DNA of 64,000 nt from Candidatus Aenigmatarchaeota archaeon (GTDB taxonomy: Archaea; EX4484-52), in NCBI GenBank assembly GCA_023137195.1, contig JAGLPV010000001.1, positions 42,242-106,241 on the forward strand, in the 5' to 3' direction. Each line of letters starts with the position of its first letter. Within the stretch, counting starts at the first letter, position 1. Shown piece by piece: positions 9,922-19,911 of the stretch. The notes under the pieces were generated by a model that saw nothing but the letters and a program-made list of their open reading frames with translations, ran no database searches and was not told where the DNA came from. The position numbers and the translations under genes are program-made.

Positions 9922-11121
9922 TTATTTATGTAAATTAATACTGATGGCTCCTATTTTATATGCCCCGCTGGTTTCAATAGAGATTTGATTCATTCCCATC
10001 ACAAATGCAGAAACATTCAGGGGGATAGAATAAGTGTCCGGGTTTGGGTTGTTCAATTGTGTTTTAAATTTATTTAAGATTAATTTAACGGGACGCTTCA
10101 TTGTTGTTTCATCTATTGTAACATTCATTTCCACTTTGTTTTTTCTCATTAATTTTATGTCGCTTTCATGCAGGTAAAAAGAATATTTCTTGTTTGAAAC
10201 AGTGTCTGTATCATAGTATTTTACTGATAGATGGACATTATTTAGAATATAGCCGGAATCTTTGTTGGTGGAAAAAATAACAATATTTTCTTTCGGCATC
10301 ATCTGCGCTTCCAGGTTGGAGAAGGTTTCTTCATATTTTTCCAGGGGGAGCGGCTTTTGGCTATATATTATGTTGTTGTTGATTATTACCTGCAGAGGGC
10401 TGTTTCTCACTGCATCTTCAACAACAAAATCAAGTACACCTACATTCCAACCGTCTATTTCATAATTTTCCAAAGGGATAGGGAATGTTTTTTCTATGGT
10501 GTCTTTTTGGGCAGATATCCTGAAATTCTCAATAACATACTCTGTTTTGCCTATGATATTTTCTGATTTACCGGCACTTATTTCTATTTCATGCGTATTT
10601 GTTAAATTCATGTATTCTATTGGTATTGAAAAACTGACCGGTCCGCCTTTTTTGGAGGAATATGCTGTATTGTTGTTGACACTAATTGTTAAGTCACCCA
10701 TAGAATGATATTTTGCATTTAAATCAAATTCAATGAAAATATCCTTGTATTTGGCGGGCGTTACGAAAGATATCTTTCTTGTTTGTTCTGAAAGTAAGTT
10801 GTTTTTGATTGTAATTTCTTCTTTTATCTCTTTTATTGTTTTTCTTTCCTGGATGTCTTCTGAAGTAAGTTTTATTCCTTCTTCGCCGCCGAGGTTAAAT
10901 ATCCTTCTTGCCGGCTTTACAGAGCCCAGAGTACCTACATCCCTGGAGAAAAAGACGGTTTTTTTTGATCCGAATAAGAAACTAAAAAATCCGCCATTGC
11001 TACTACTATAAGAAGCAGAAGTATCTGATGAAATTCCGCCCCCTCCATTGGACGAGGCTATGAGTACAAAGGCACAATAAGCCAATACCATGCCCATTAT
11101 TGCTTTTGAAAACAAATCCAT
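9922..11121 (-). CDS. Membrane-anchored/secreted protein, unknown function
   Basis: 399-aa ORF with an N-terminal hydrophobic anchor, a Gly/Ser-rich linker, then a beta-rich-looking Asn/Ile/Lys-rich body. It lies 2 nt upstream of the DUF116-like gene. No recognisable motif. Confidence 0.6.
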   Translation of the reverse strand: MDLFSKAIMGMVLAYCAFVLIASSNGGGGISSDTSASYSSSNGGFFSFLFGSKKTVFFSRDVGTLGSVKPARRIFNLGGEEGIKLTSEDIQERKTIKEIKEEITIKNNLLSEQTRKISFVTPAKYKDIFIEFDLNAKYHSMGDLTISVNNNTAYSSKKGGPVSFSIPIEYMNLTNTHEIEISAGKSENIIGKTEYVIENFRISAQKDTIEKTFPIPLENYEIDGWNVGVLDFVVEDAVRNSPLQVIINNNIIYSQKPLPLEKYEETFSNLEAQMMPKENIVIFSTNKDSGYILNNVHLSVKYYDTDTVSNKKYSFYLHESDIKLMRKNKVEMNVTIDETTMKRPVKLILNKFKTQLNNPNPDTYSIPLNVSAFVMGMNQISIETSGAYKIGAISINLHK

Positions 11122-11223
11122 ATTTAAGAATAGAGCGTTTAATTATTTAAATGTTGTTTAATTTTCTTCTAATTTCTTTTTATTTTAGAATTTCAGGAGG
11201 ATAATTATCCGAGTTTGCAGTTT

Positions 11224-11805
11224 TTAGGATTTCTTTTCTTCTGGTTGCTCTTCTTTTTTGGTTTCTTTTGGCTTTTCTTCCTTCTTGGTTTCCGGTGTTT
11301 TTTTTGCTTTAGAATTTTTTGTTTTTTCAACAGGAGTAGTTGTTTCTTTTATCTCTTCTTTTTTGCCGGTTTTTTCATCTTTTGGTTCTGCTGCCGGTGC
11401 TTCTTTGGTTTCCTCTTTTTTCTGTTCTTCTTCCTGTTTTTGGGCTTCTTTTTTCTGTTCTTCCTTCTTTAATTTTGTTTTATCTTCCCTTTGTTTTACC
11501 TGCCCTTCAATATCTATGTTTGTGAGATTTGCAATTACAACTTTTTCTTTTTTATACATCTGAATTTTAATGGTTCTTGGTGGGTTTTTTATCCCGTGTT
11601 TCCATATAAATTCATTTAGTTCTACGCCGATTTTTATGTTCTTTACATCTGCTTTTGCATGTCTTGAGGCGTATTTTCTTATAAGTGCGATGCTTTTTTT
11701 TGCCCTTATTGTGTATTTTCCTTTGTTGTAGGCATCTTTGAGTGGAACGATTGCTGTTTTAATCTGCTGTTTGCTTGTTGCTTTTTCCTGTTTCATGTTA
11801 ATCAT
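11224..11805 (-). CDS. rpl31e: Ribosomal protein L31e with a ~100-aa Lys/Glu-rich C-terminal tail
   Basis: The N-terminal ~90 aa match the L31e pattern (AIVPLKDAY...RAKKSIALIRKYASRHAKADVKNIKIGVELNEFIWKHGIKNPPRTIKIQM). The remainder is low-complexity K/E/T/P sequence. Confidence 0.85.
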   Translation of the reverse strand: MINMKQEKATSKQQIKTAIVPLKDAYNKGKYTIRAKKSIALIRKYASRHAKADVKNIKIGVELNEFIWKHGIKNPPRTIKIQMYKKEKVVIANLTNIDIEGQVKQREDKTKLKKEEQKKEAQKQEEEQKKEETKEAPAAEPKDEKTGKKEEIKETTTPVEKTKNSKAKKTPETKKEEKPKETKKEEQPEEKKS

Positions 11806-11975
11806 ATTTTTAATTTAGAACTACGTCTCCAGTGTCTGCTCCTGAATCGTTTAAGACTTCTGAACCTTGCTTTTTGCAGACCATAAACTTTTATGTCAAT
11901 CCATCGTGGTGACGGATCTGCTTTTCTGTGAGCCACTGCCAATTTTATTTTCCTTCCAAGTGTTTTTTTACCCAT
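11802..11975 (-). CDS. rpl39e: Ribosomal protein L39e (below the ORF-track length cutoff)
   Basis: Hand translation gives MGKKTLGRKIKLAVAHRKADPSPRWIDIKVYGLQKARFRSLKRFRSRHWRRSSKLKI. It has the L39e-like basic composition and an RHWRR.KLK C-terminus. Its TGA overlaps the L31e ATG (ATGA). Confidence 0.8.
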   Translation of the reverse strand: MGKKTLGRKIKLAVAHRKADPSPRWIDIKVYGLQKARFRSLKRFRSRHWRRSSKLKI

Positions 11976-12052
11976 ATTGCGTTAAGTTTACTGTTTTCTT
12001 TACTTTATATACAATAGAATAAAATAAAAGCTTTAAATAGTTAAAACAAGTT

Positions 12053-14401
12053 TTATCCATAATTTGTTAAATTTTCTGCCTGTAGGTTTTTTGTTTTGTT
12101 CACTGTTTTTTCAAATGATTTTATCTCTTCAGGACTGATTGAAGGCTTGAATGTTTCCAGGGTTTTCAAGAAATCATCGTGAGTGACTATTTTTGCCTTC
12201 TCATCCTTTCTCAATACACCAAGGGACGTTTCCCTGCATAAGTTTTCAATATCTGCTCCGACAAAGTTTTTTGTTTTTTCAACTAACTCGTCAAGATTTA
12301 CGTTATTGTCCAATGGCATTTTTTTGGTGTTTAGTTCAAATATTTTTTTTCTTGATTTATCGTCAGGTAGAGGGACATAGATGTGCCTGTCGAATCTCCC
12401 GTTTCTTATGAATGCAGTATCTACTAAGTCAGGACGGTTTGTTGCTGCAATCAATACAACTCCTTTCAGACCTTCAATACCATCTATTTCTGTCAAAAAT
12501 TGTGTTATTATGCTTTCTGTTGGTTCAGAGCCCATTCCTCTTTTCTTGAAGATGGCGTCAATTTCATCTATAAATATTATGCATGGAGATACCTGTCTTG
12601 CTTTCTTGAATATGTCCTTTATGTATTTTTCGCTCTCTCCCAGCCATTTGCTCAATATATCGCTTGCTTTGATTGAGATAAAATTGCTTTGGGCCTCGTG
12701 CGCAATTGCCTTTACAAGAAGCGTTTTTCCAACTCCCGGAACGCCATACAACAATATGCCCTGTGGTGGACGGATGCCCATTTTCTTAAACAGGTGAGGG
12801 CGTTTAATCGGCCATTCAATAACTTCCTTTAATTTTTGTTTTATGTCATCGAGTCCGCCAATGTCGTCCCAAGTAGTTTTCGGTATGTCAATCATGACTT
12901 CTCTCATAGCAGATGGTTCAATGACATGTATTGCTTTCTTAAAATCTGATTTAGAAATAGACATTTTTTCCAGTTCGTCTTTAGTCAATTCATCTTCCTT
13001 TAAATCAAGTTCAGGAAGTGTTCTTTTAAGACATACCAGGGCCGCTTCTTTACATAATCCTTCTAAATCAGCGCCGGAATATCCGCATGTTTCATTTGCT
13101 ATTATTTTCGGGTCAACATCCTTTTCAATAGGCATGAACCTTGTGTGTATCTGGAGTATTTCTTCTCTTGCTTTTGTGTTAGGCGGGCTTATTTCTATTT
13201 CCCTGTCAAACCTTCCCGGGCGCCTTAAAGCATTGTCTATTGCATTAGGACGGTTTGTGGCTGCAAGTACTATTACCTGTTTCCTGGCAGTAAGTCCATC
13301 CATGCATGCTAAAATCTGTGCAACTACCTTTCTGTCAACCACCTCGGAATAAATGTCATCTCTTTTTGGAGCAATGGCATCAATCTCATCTATAAATATA
13401 ATACAAGGCGCATTATCCTGGGCTTCTTTAAATAGTTGTCTTATCTTTTTTTCACTGTCTCCCACCCATTTGCTCATTATTTCAGAGCCATTAACTGCTT
13501 TAAAACTCGCCCTGCTCTCATTTGCGATAGCTTTTGCAATCAAGGTCTTTCCACAGCCGGGAGGACCATAGAGTAGAATTCCTTTTGGGGGAGAGATTCC
13601 CAGTTTGGAAAAGATTTCCGGGTGGTTCAAAGGGATATCTATGATTTCCCTTATTTTTTTTAATTCTTCTTTCAGACCACCTACATCCTCGTAACTGTAA
13701 ACTTCCAGTCCATATTTTTTTAGTCCCTTGTTGCTTATCTCAACAATCGTGTTTTTTGTAATCTTTAAAAATTCTGATTCCGGTTTTGTTTCTGTTACTT
13801 GGAAAACCATATTCTGAAAACTTACGGACAATGCTTCGGCAACATCGAGCCCGGCAGTTTCTTCTACAGCATCAACTAATTCCTGTTGTTTTGGGCTTAT
13901 TGGAGAAATCAAATCTTTCTTTGTGACTATCCTTCCGAAAAAAAGAGAATATGCATCTTTTTTTGAAACATCCAAAACTACACTTTTATTGAGTGGCTTT
14001 AATTTAATAACTTTTGCTTCAGGAACTTCTTTAAGCGGTTTTAAAACCACTTTATCTCCCACAGTAATTCCCAGGTTTTTCCTGGTAATCCCGTCAATCC
14101 GGATAATATCTAAGTTCAGATCAGAAGGATATGCCCTTACAGCAAGAACTGCACTTTTTTTTCGTCCATTTAGTTCTATTGCGTCTCCTTCACGTATACC
14201 TAAGGTAGACATATATTTATAATCAATTCTTCCGATGCCGATACCAATCTCGCTTTGTGCAAAAGAAGGAATCTCACCAACGGTGAGTACGCATTCACTC
14301 AATCTTTTTGCGACTTTTTTTTCTGTATCTGTAGAATGATTAGCAGTAGTGGGCGTGATAGCATTATTTTGACCAGATGTATTTTCGACAGGATTGTCCA
14401 T
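12053..14401 (-). CDS. cdc48: Cdc48/VCP-like AAA+ ATPase (two AAA domains)
   Basis: N-terminal double-psi-barrel-like domain. D1 has Walker A GPPGCGKT and Walker [10 protein letters not shown]; D2 has GVPGVGKT and IIFIDEIDA. The start is trimmed to the ATG at 14401 (MDNPVENTS) to avoid overlap with the upstream RNase J stop. Confidence 0.92.
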   Translation of the reverse strand: MDNPVENTSGQNNAITPTTANHSTDTEKKVAKRLSECVLTVGEIPSFAQSEIGIGIGRIDYKYMSTLGIREGDAIELNGRKKSAVLAVRAYPSDLNLDIIRIDGITRKNLGITVGDKVVLKPLKEVPEAKVIKLKPLNKSVVLDVSKKDAYSLFFGRIVTKKDLISPISPKQQELVDAVEETAGLDVAEALSVSFQNMVFQVTETKPESEFLKITKNTIVEISNKGLKKYGLEVYSYEDVGGLKEELKKIREIIDIPLNHPEIFSKLGISPPKGILLYGPPGCGKTLIAKAIANESRASFKAVNGSEIMSKWVGDSEKKIRQLFKEAQDNAPCIIFIDEIDAIAPKRDDIYSEVVDRKVVAQILACMDGLTARKQVIVLAATNRPNAIDNALRRPGRFDREIEISPPNTKAREEILQIHTRFMPIEKDVDPKIIANETCGYSGADLEGLCKEAALVCLKRTLPELDLKEDELTKDELEKMSISKSDFKKAIHVIEPSAMREVMIDIPKTTWDDIGGLDDIKQKLKEVIEWPIKRPHLFKKMGIRPPQGILLYGVPGVGKTLLVKAIAHEAQSNFISIKASDILSKWLGESEKYIKDIFKKARQVSPCIIFIDEIDAIFKKRGMGSEPTESIITQFLTEIDGIEGLKGVVLIAATNRPDLVDTAFIRNGRFDRHIYVPLPDDKSRKKIFELNTKKMPLDNNVNLDELVEKTKNFVGADIENLCRETSLGVLRKDEKAKIVTHDDFLKTLETFKPSISPEEIKSFEKTVNKTKNLQAENLTNYG

Positions 14402-14450
14402 ATTATAAGAATATACAGCAGAGATTTTATAAATTTTTAGGAAATCTGGT

Positions 14451-15764
14451 TTATTTAATCTCAATCATCCCGCCATTTGCCATTATATGAAACGTTTTGC
14501 CCAAAACATAGCCTTCTTCGCTTGCAAGGGAGGCAAAACTTGCCAGTTTCTCCATGTTGCCGTGACTAGGTATTATGTTTTTTGGTTTAAGCAGTCTTAT
14601 CATATCTCTATGGTCTTCTCTTTTTGCATGTCCTGAAACATGGACATTGTTTATTACACGGGCTCCTTTTTTCCTGAGCAATATTTCCATATTATGCTTG
14701 TTTGCCTTATTTATCGGGCTGGGAATAGTGAAAGAAGAAAAGATTACTTCATCTTCTTTTTGGAATTTGTAGTCCAAATCATCTTTTGCCATGGAAGCCA
14801 GCACAGAGTTTGGTTCTCCCTGGTTTCCTGTAACAACCATAAGATATTTTTCCGGGTTCTGCGCAACTTTTTGCAGGACAGATCCGCTTTGATTTTTACT
14901 GGAACAAATTATAACTTCGCTCAAATCAATTAAATTCAACTTTGCCGCGGCTTTCATGTAAGTGGACATAGATCTTCCTATGCATATTATCTTTCGCCTG
15001 CCTTCATTTGCTTTAATGATGTTTCTCATCCGGGCAATGTGCGATGCGAATGTTGTTATTACAACAGCTTTTCCAGACTGGTATGCGCGGTTTAGGGCAT
15101 CATGCACCATAATCTGTGCGATGTATTCTGATGCTGTTCTTTCAGACTCTTCAATTCTTACACTTTCTTCGATATGCACTTTTATGCCCATCTTGGCAAG
15201 CTGTTCCATCCTTGCGTAGTCTGGTTTCTTGCCCATTGTCGGGGTGTTGTCGAGTTTATAATCATTCAGGTAAGTTACGATTCCCTCTTTTGTGTGGATA
15301 GCAATAAGTGTTGCCTGTGGGATACTGTGGGTTATGTGCACAAGTTCGATTTTTATATCCTGTGTTGCCTTAAGAATAGACCCGGTATTTAGGGGCATCA
15401 AATTGCCGAGCAATGATCTTTTTTTCTTGTCCTTTACTATGTGCTTGATTATTTCGATAGTGTAGGGAGTCCCTATTATAGGACACTTGTATCTTTCTGC
15501 CAATACGGGGATTGCTCCTATGTGGTCCAGATGTGCGTGAGATGCTACTATGGCCACAACTTTTTTGTTGTGGAGAATAGAATCATCCGGGACTGCGCCT
15601 TCCTTGATTAAAACATCATCGGGCACGTCATTCGTCTCTTCCTGTAGAGGAATTATTTTTTCCATGAAAAAGCCCATATCGCATATTACGACTTCTCCAT
15701 TCACTTCAATAGCGGTCATGTTTTTGCCTACTTCATTATATCCGCCTATAGAATAAATTTTCAT
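14451..15764 (-). CDS. rnj: Archaeal beta-CASP ribonuclease (RNase J-like)
   Basis: Metallo-beta-lactamase motif SHAHLDHIGA, the beta-CASP region and C-terminal HVSGHA. 437 aa and no KH domains, so it is RNase J-like rather than aCPSF1. Confidence 0.85.
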   Translation of the reverse strand: MKIYSIGGYNEVGKNMTAIEVNGEVVICDMGFFMEKIIPLQEETNDVPDDVLIKEGAVPDDSILHNKKVVAIVASHAHLDHIGAIPVLAERYKCPIIGTPYTIEIIKHIVKDKKKRSLLGNLMPLNTGSILKATQDIKIELVHITHSIPQATLIAIHTKEGIVTYLNDYKLDNTPTMGKKPDYARMEQLAKMGIKVHIEESVRIEESERTASEYIAQIMVHDALNRAYQSGKAVVITTFASHIARMRNIIKANEGRRKIICIGRSMSTYMKAAAKLNLIDLSEVIICSSKNQSGSVLQKVAQNPEKYLMVVTGNQGEPNSVLASMAKDDLDYKFQKEDEVIFSSFTIPSPINKANKHNMEILLRKKGARVINNVHVSGHAKREDHRDMIRLLKPKNIIPSHGNMEKLASFASLASEEGYVLGKTFHIMANGGMIEIK

Positions 15765-15868
15765 ATTATCACAATTATATTATTTTATATTATTTAAAAG
15801 AATATTAGAAAAATTAATTATTAAACTAATATTTTTTTTCTTTATTTCGTCTATTTTCATTTTATATT

Positions 15869-15918
15869 AAAAAAACAATATTTATTGCGCATCTATTAAA
15901 AATAAAATACGCAATAAA
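15869..15918 (-). terminator. Putative terminator downstream of the P1 gene
   Basis: Perfect 9-bp stem (15881-15889 tttattgcg / 15910-15918 cgcaataaa). On the minus strand it is followed by TATTG and a T7 run (15869-15875). It lies just 3' of the P1 stop. Confidence 0.35.
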
Positions 15919-15924
15919 AAAGAT

Positions 15925-16239
15925 TTATCCAAACAATGCTCCCAGTCCTGCAGCTGCTTCTTCCTCTTTCTTTGCTTCTTCTGCTGCAGATGGTTTTTCT
16001 TCCTTTTTTTCTGATCCTGCCTTTTCTGCCGGTGCTGCCGCTGCTACGGGTGCCGCTGCTACTGCAACGCTTTTGTTCATTGCTTCTTCTATATCAACAT
16101 CTTTTAATGCTGCTGTAAGTGCTTTTATTCGTGCTTCATCTGGTTTTACACCAACACTTGTCAATATCTTTTTTATATTTTCTTCATTTATATCTTTTCC
16201 TACTTTGTGCAAAATCATTGCGCTGTAAATATATTCCAT
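15925..16239 (-). CDS. rpl12: Ribosomal stalk protein P1 (archaeal L12)
   Basis: [26 protein letters not shown]..., an Ala-rich hinge, and the conserved stalk tail [13 protein letters not shown]. The start is trimmed to the ATG at 16239. Confidence 0.9.
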   Translation of the reverse strand: MEYIYSAMILHKVGKDINEENIKKILTSVGVKPDEARIKALTAALKDVDIEEAMNKSVAVAAAPVAAAAPAEKAGSEKKEEKPSAAEEAKKEEEAAAGLGALFG

Positions 16240-16256
16240 TTTTTTCACCTATTTAT

Positions 16257-16802
16257 TTATAGTTTATTATCCTTTATTTTTTTTGCTAGATTCTCTGTTG
16301 CTCTTTCTATTTCACTTTCGCTTCTGGCGCCTGTACATACGATTCTGCCTGAATTGAAGAGAAGAAAGACCACGTGAGGATCATTTAATCTTAATATTAG
16401 CCCTGGGAATGATTCCGGTTCGTATTCGCATCCGTCTAATGCAAATGCGATTTTGTCCAGTACTAATGTCCGGTTTAATGTGCCTGATGCAACCATGTTT
16501 ACGATTTCTTCGTCCGGTTCCTGATCAATTGTTATACCTTGATTTCTTAATATGTCCATCAGGAATCTTGTCGCTTCCTGCGCTAGTTTAAATGATTTTG
16601 TTCCTGAGCATATTATCTTTCCTGTTGAAAAGATTAGATAATTTGCTTTTGGGTCCTTTGTCCTGTAAACAAGTCCGGGAAATACTTCCGGCTCATATTC
16701 TGCATCGTCCAGATTGTTTGCGAGTTTCTCTAAAGGAACTTCGCAGTGCAAATCTGTCGACACGACAACATTATGTACTTTTAAATCATATTCTCCTGCC
16801 AT
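16257..16802 (-). CDS. tbp: TATA-box binding protein
   Basis: Two direct TBP repeats (NVVVSTDL...EYEPEVFPGLVYR...FSTGKIICSG and NMVASGTL...EYEPESFPGLILR...FNSGRIVCTG). Confidence 0.93.
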   Translation of the reverse strand: MAGEYDLKVHNVVVSTDLHCEVPLEKLANNLDDAEYEPEVFPGLVYRTKDPKANYLIFSTGKIICSGTKSFKLAQEATRFLMDILRNQGITIDQEPDEEIVNMVASGTLNRTLVLDKIAFALDGCEYEPESFPGLILRLNDPHVVFLLFNSGRIVCTGARSESEIERATENLAKKIKDNKL

Positions 16803-16899
16803 AATATTAGTTAGTTTAAAAGGAAGGTTTAAAAAGGTTTAGTCATTTTTCTCCGTTTTAGGGTTACGTAGCTCTAAACGGCATTTTATTTTCTATAGA

Positions 16900-17595
16900 T
16901 TATTTGCTAAGATAATGTTTTCGTTTCGTTTCGTCGAATTTTTCTATTGAATACCTTAGCATTGTCCTCGGCATTGTTTTGTGATGTTTTTCAAGGAAGT
17001 TCTCTTCTTCGTTTTGGTTTCTTTTGCCGATTTCCCTGAGCATCCAGCCGACTGCTTTGTGTATTAGGTCGTGGTCGTCATTTAGAAGTAGTTTGGATAT
17101 TTTTAACGCATCATTGAATTTGTTGTTTTTTATGAAATGAAATGTCGACATTATTGATATTCTTCTTTCCCACAGGTTTTCTGATTTTGCCATTTGGTAT
17201 AAAATAGACTTGTCTTTTTCGAGCAGATAAGTTCCCAAAATATGCTCTGCAGATGAGTCGACCAGATCCCAGTTGTTTATGTTTTTTGTATTGGTTAAGT
17301 AAAAATCAAATATTTCTTTTTTTTCCTGTTCATCTGCTTTTCTGTATTTTAGGATCAGTATGAATAAGGCGGTTAATCTCTCTTCATGTATCTTGCTCCA
17401 AAGTAGTTTTTGTATGTTTTCTATTGATAAATTAGGATATTTTTTTGCTATTTTTCTCTGGTCCGGGACTGAGACGCCCAAAAATATATCGCCCTCTCCA
17501 TATTGTCCTTTTCCTGTCTTAAAAAAACCCCGCATGATTTCTGCTTTTTGCGGGTTTTTTAGGTTTAGTAGATTCTTTTTTAGTTGGGTTAGCAT
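16900..17595 (-). CDS. DNA alkylation repair protein (AlkD-like HEAT-repeat family)
   Basis: 231 aa. The N-terminus NPQKAEIMRGFFKTGKGQYGEGDIFLGVSVPDQRKIAKKY and WERRISIMSTF...HDLIHKAVGWMLRE are typical of the DNA alkylation repair enzyme family. Confidence 0.8.
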   Translation of the reverse strand: MLTQLKKNLLNLKNPQKAEIMRGFFKTGKGQYGEGDIFLGVSVPDQRKIAKKYPNLSIENIQKLLWSKIHEERLTALFILILKYRKADEQEKKEIFDFYLTNTKNINNWDLVDSSAEHILGTYLLEKDKSILYQMAKSENLWERRISIMSTFHFIKNNKFNDALKISKLLLNDDHDLIHKAVGWMLREIGKRNQNEEENFLEKHHKTMPRTMLRYSIEKFDETKRKHYLSK

Positions 17596-17639
17596 GAAGG
17601 TATATGAGTTTTAGAAAATATAAGTGTGATGTTTTTACT

Positions 17640-18686
17640 TTAATAGCCTTCTTTGAACTCTACGTCAAATTCTTCTAAAATGATTCCGTTTTCATTGACT
17701 GCTTCTCCTATAATAGAAGCTTTGATTCCCTGTTTTTTTAGCACATCAATAATTTTATCGGCTTCTTTTGCGATAATCACGAAGCCAACGCCCATGTTGA
17801 AAGTTCTGAACATTTCTTTGTTGTCGACATTGCCTTTTTCCTGCATTGTTTTAAATATGGGTGGTATCTCTACCCACTTGTCTATTTTGTATCCGATTTT
17901 GTCATTTAACCGGGCAATGTTTAATATTCCGCCGCCTGTGATGTTTGCCAGCCCGGTAATGTCATTAAAGCATTTGTCCAACACATCCAGGACGGGCTTT
18001 ACATATATTGTTGTGGGGGTTAATATTTGCGGGGCGTATTTTTCAATATCTTCTTTGTTGCCGAGCAATACTTTTCTTGCCAGGGTTATGCCGTTTGTGT
18101 GGATGCCTGAACTTGCCAGTCCGATTATTTTATCTCCTGCCTTTATTTTATCTCCAAGAACGACTTTGTCTTTATCTACAGTTCCCAGGACTGCACCGGC
18201 TAAATCAAAACCTTTGTCGTCAATCCCGTTTATCACTTCTTTTAATGTTGCGGTCTCCCCGCCGACAATTGCAATTTCTGCCTGCCTTGCTCCTTCGCAT
18301 AATCCTTTGCCGAGTTCTAATGCCTGTTTTTGTGAATTTTTCCCGTCTGTTTTTGTCATTGCGAGGTAATCTACTAAGCTTATGGGTTCTGCGCCGAGGC
18401 ATATTACGTCATTTACGCACATTGCAATCATGTCTATGCCGACTGTGTCGTATTTGTCAATGAGTTGTGCTACAAGCACTTTTGAGCCCACTCCGTCTGT
18501 TGAAAGGACGAGGTACTTGTCGCCGAATTCTATTAAATTTGCAAAGTGTCCTATTTTTGACTTTACTGCTCCTACTTTGTTGTTTCGGAATTCCAGGGTT
18601 TTGCTGACTGCTGATACAAGGGATTTAATTGTGTCGGCTTCTTCATTAAAATTGACTCCTGCTTTTGCGTATGTCATTTGTTCCAT
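17640..18686 (-). CDS. purM: Phosphoribosylformylglycinamidine cyclo-ligase (AIR synthetase, PurM)
   Basis: YAKAGVN..., DGVGSKV, DMIAMCVNDV and GGETA motifs. 348 aa. Confidence 0.93.
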   Translation of the reverse strand: MEQMTYAKAGVNFNEEADTIKSLVSAVSKTLEFRNNKVGAVKSKIGHFANLIEFGDKYLVLSTDGVGSKVLVAQLIDKYDTVGIDMIAMCVNDVICLGAEPISLVDYLAMTKTDGKNSQKQALELGKGLCEGARQAEIAIVGGETATLKEVINGIDDKGFDLAGAVLGTVDKDKVVLGDKIKAGDKIIGLASSGIHTNGITLARKVLLGNKEDIEKYAPQILTPTTIYVKPVLDVLDKCFNDITGLANITGGGILNIARLNDKIGYKIDKWVEIPPIFKTMQEKGNVDNKEMFRTFNMGVGFVIIAKEADKIIDVLKKQGIKASIIGEAVNENGIILEEFDVEFKEGY

Positions 18687-18739
18687 AACATTAATCTATT
18701 TAGATGGTTTTTTATTTTTATCTAATAATTGATTATAAT

Positions 18740-18885
18740 TCAATTAGTCCGACAGTATCTCACTAATTGGTTTTTTTGTCCTTCAAATCCTTCGGGAATT
18801 TCAACTAAAAAGGAGGGTGGCATTTTGCCCCCATCCTTCTGCAAAGCTCTTATCTCTTTACCGGTGGTTTTTTAAATATCTTTCG
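18740..18885 (-). pseudogene. Decayed Bro-N/DinD-like gene fragment (repeat copy 1)
   Basis: The minus-strand reading is ...YLKNHR*RDKSFAEGWGQNATLLFS*, which parallels YLKDMRRRDESFAEGWGQIATPLSVE of the Bro-N ORF at 21.3 kb. It contains an in-frame stop and a 1-nt indel. Confidence 0.55.
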
Positions 18886-19274
18886 GCTACCAACGCCTCG
18901 GAAAATTTGCCGCTGGCAACTGCTTTGATGAAATTAAGCTCCATGTTAACAAAATCCATCTCTGTCTTGTCTTCGGCTTCTACATGCTTTCTTAATTCTT
19001 CCTTGCTGGATGTCCCCTCATCTGCAGATAATTTGAAATATTCCGGCACGCTGGTCTCCAGACGCCACAATACTATCTTTTTGATTTCCTCGTCAAGTTT
19101 TTTATCATTTGTCATATTATCCCCGTTCTCCAGCATTTTTATGATTTTTTCGCCAAGTTCAGAATTGTTTTTTACTTCAATCATTGCCGCATTCCATGCG
19201 TATGGTTCATCATCAATCACCACAATCACATCCTCTTTGCGGATTTTTTCAAGAAGGTTAGCATATATTCTCAT
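18858..19274 (-). CDS. Hypothetical protein (138 aa), possibly the 5' part of a disrupted chimeric gene
   Basis: Intact ORF with an acidic helical composition. Only its last codons (YLKNHR) and the 3' flank are homologous to the Bro-N gene. No other motif was recognised. Confidence 0.45.
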   Translation of the reverse strand: MRIYANLLEKIRKEDVIVVIDDEPYAWNAAMIEVKNNSELGEKIIKMLENGDNMTNDKKLDEEIKKIVLWRLETSVPEYFKLSADEGTSSKEELRKHVEAEDKTEMDFVNMELNFIKAVASGKFSEALVAERYLKNHR

Positions 19275-19359
19275 GAACTTTGCTTTTTTTGTCTTCCATG
19301 TATGATTTATACGTGCAGAATATTTAACTGTTTAACGCGCGCGCTATTTGAAAAATCAT

Positions 19360-19435
19360 TTATTTTCTTTCTCTAATTTTTTTCGTATTTTCCTTTAAAT
19401 CCAGATAATTATCCGGTGAAACTATATTTTTCCTA
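19360..19435 (-). pseudogene. Relic of a DinD/Bro-N-like gene C-terminus
   Basis: The minus-strand reading is ...NIVSPDNYLDLKENTKKIRERK*, which parallels IVSQDNYLDLKENRKKLEEKS* at 20574-20640. The ~60-nt stretch 19369-19430 is a near repeat of 20586-20645. The open frame (19360-19578) has no ATG. Confidence 0.5.
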
Positions 19436-19675
19436 TTTTGTGTCTTCAGTTTCAACCGTCGACAAATTGTCGATAACTCAATTTCGCTTGGTTCTGATTC
19501 TCTTTTTTCACAATATGCCAACGATTTTAGTTGTACGATTTTATCGTACGGTTCAAATCCTTCTTCTTTGAGTTTTATTTATTGTGGGGTTTAATGCCCT
19601 GTTGCTTGTGGTGGAATGTTATATTTTGTCTGAATTGATACTCTGAAGCTCTGTTTAGGGTTATTTATTGAGAAT

Positions 19676-19870
19676 TTATGAACTTTTAGATGCATTTTGT
19701 AAATTATTCAAATCAACATATTCAGATTCTGGAGTTTGTCTTGTTTCTTTTAATTCTTTTTTGGCATGGTCGCTTAATTCGTAATCCTCTTTAAGCGTGT
19801 TTTTGATAAATTCTATATCTATCTTCATTTCAAGCAGTTCCTGATGGAGTGTTTCAATTGAGATTGCCAT
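19676..19870 (-). CDS. Small hypothetical protein (64 aa, helical/charged)
   Basis: The track ORF is trimmed to the ATG at 19870 (MAISIETLHQELLEMKIDIEF...). Repeat copy 2 lies immediately upstream. Possibly antitoxin-like, but no motif supports that. Confidence 0.4.
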   Translation of the reverse strand: MAISIETLHQELLEMKIDIEFIKNTLKEDYELSDHAKKELKETRQTPESEYVDLNNLQNASKSS

Positions 19871-19911
19871 ATGGAGTATAATGGACGATAAAATTATATG
19901 GTTATGTTGCA

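Noticed and set aside
11215-11563. Phe/Leu/Ser-rich plus-strand ORFs (85, 101 and 61 aa)
   Set aside because: They are the antisense reading of the Lys/Glu-rich (AAR/GAR) tail of L31e. The poly-Phe/Leu translation is an artefact of the repeat.
12183-14440. Several plus-strand ORFs (up to 169 aa) antisense to the Cdc48 gene
   Set aside because: These are shadow ORFs inside a strongly supported AAA+ gene, with low-complexity Ser/Phe/Leu composition.
15925-15975. Nucleotide similarity between 15925-15975 and 51066-51115, suggesting a dispersed repeat
   Set aside because: Both encode the conserved ribosomal stalk C-terminal peptide (EE)[10 protein letters not shown] of P1 and P0. This is expected paralogous conservation, not a mobile repeat.
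16853-16881. Hairpin ccgttttag...ctaaacgg downstream of the AlkD-like gene, considered as a terminator
   Set aside because: The stem has a bulge and is not followed by a T-run on the sense (minus) strand. That is too weak to annotate.
17653-18732. Long plus-strand ORFs (238, 151 and 116 aa) antisense to purM
   Set aside because: PurM on the minus strand has unambiguous motifs. The antisense products are Ser/Leu/Pro-rich with no motifs, which is typical shadow-ORF composition.
19550-19560. GGTTCAAATCC, a tRNA T-loop-like string that could mark a tRNA or an att remnant at the island edge
   Set aside because: The flanking bases give only 2 bp of T-stem (GTACGG / CCTTCT), and no acceptor or anticodon arms can be drawn. 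It lies inside a decayed open frame. The nearby perfect hairpin GTACGAT-TTT-ATCGTAC is noted but unexplained.
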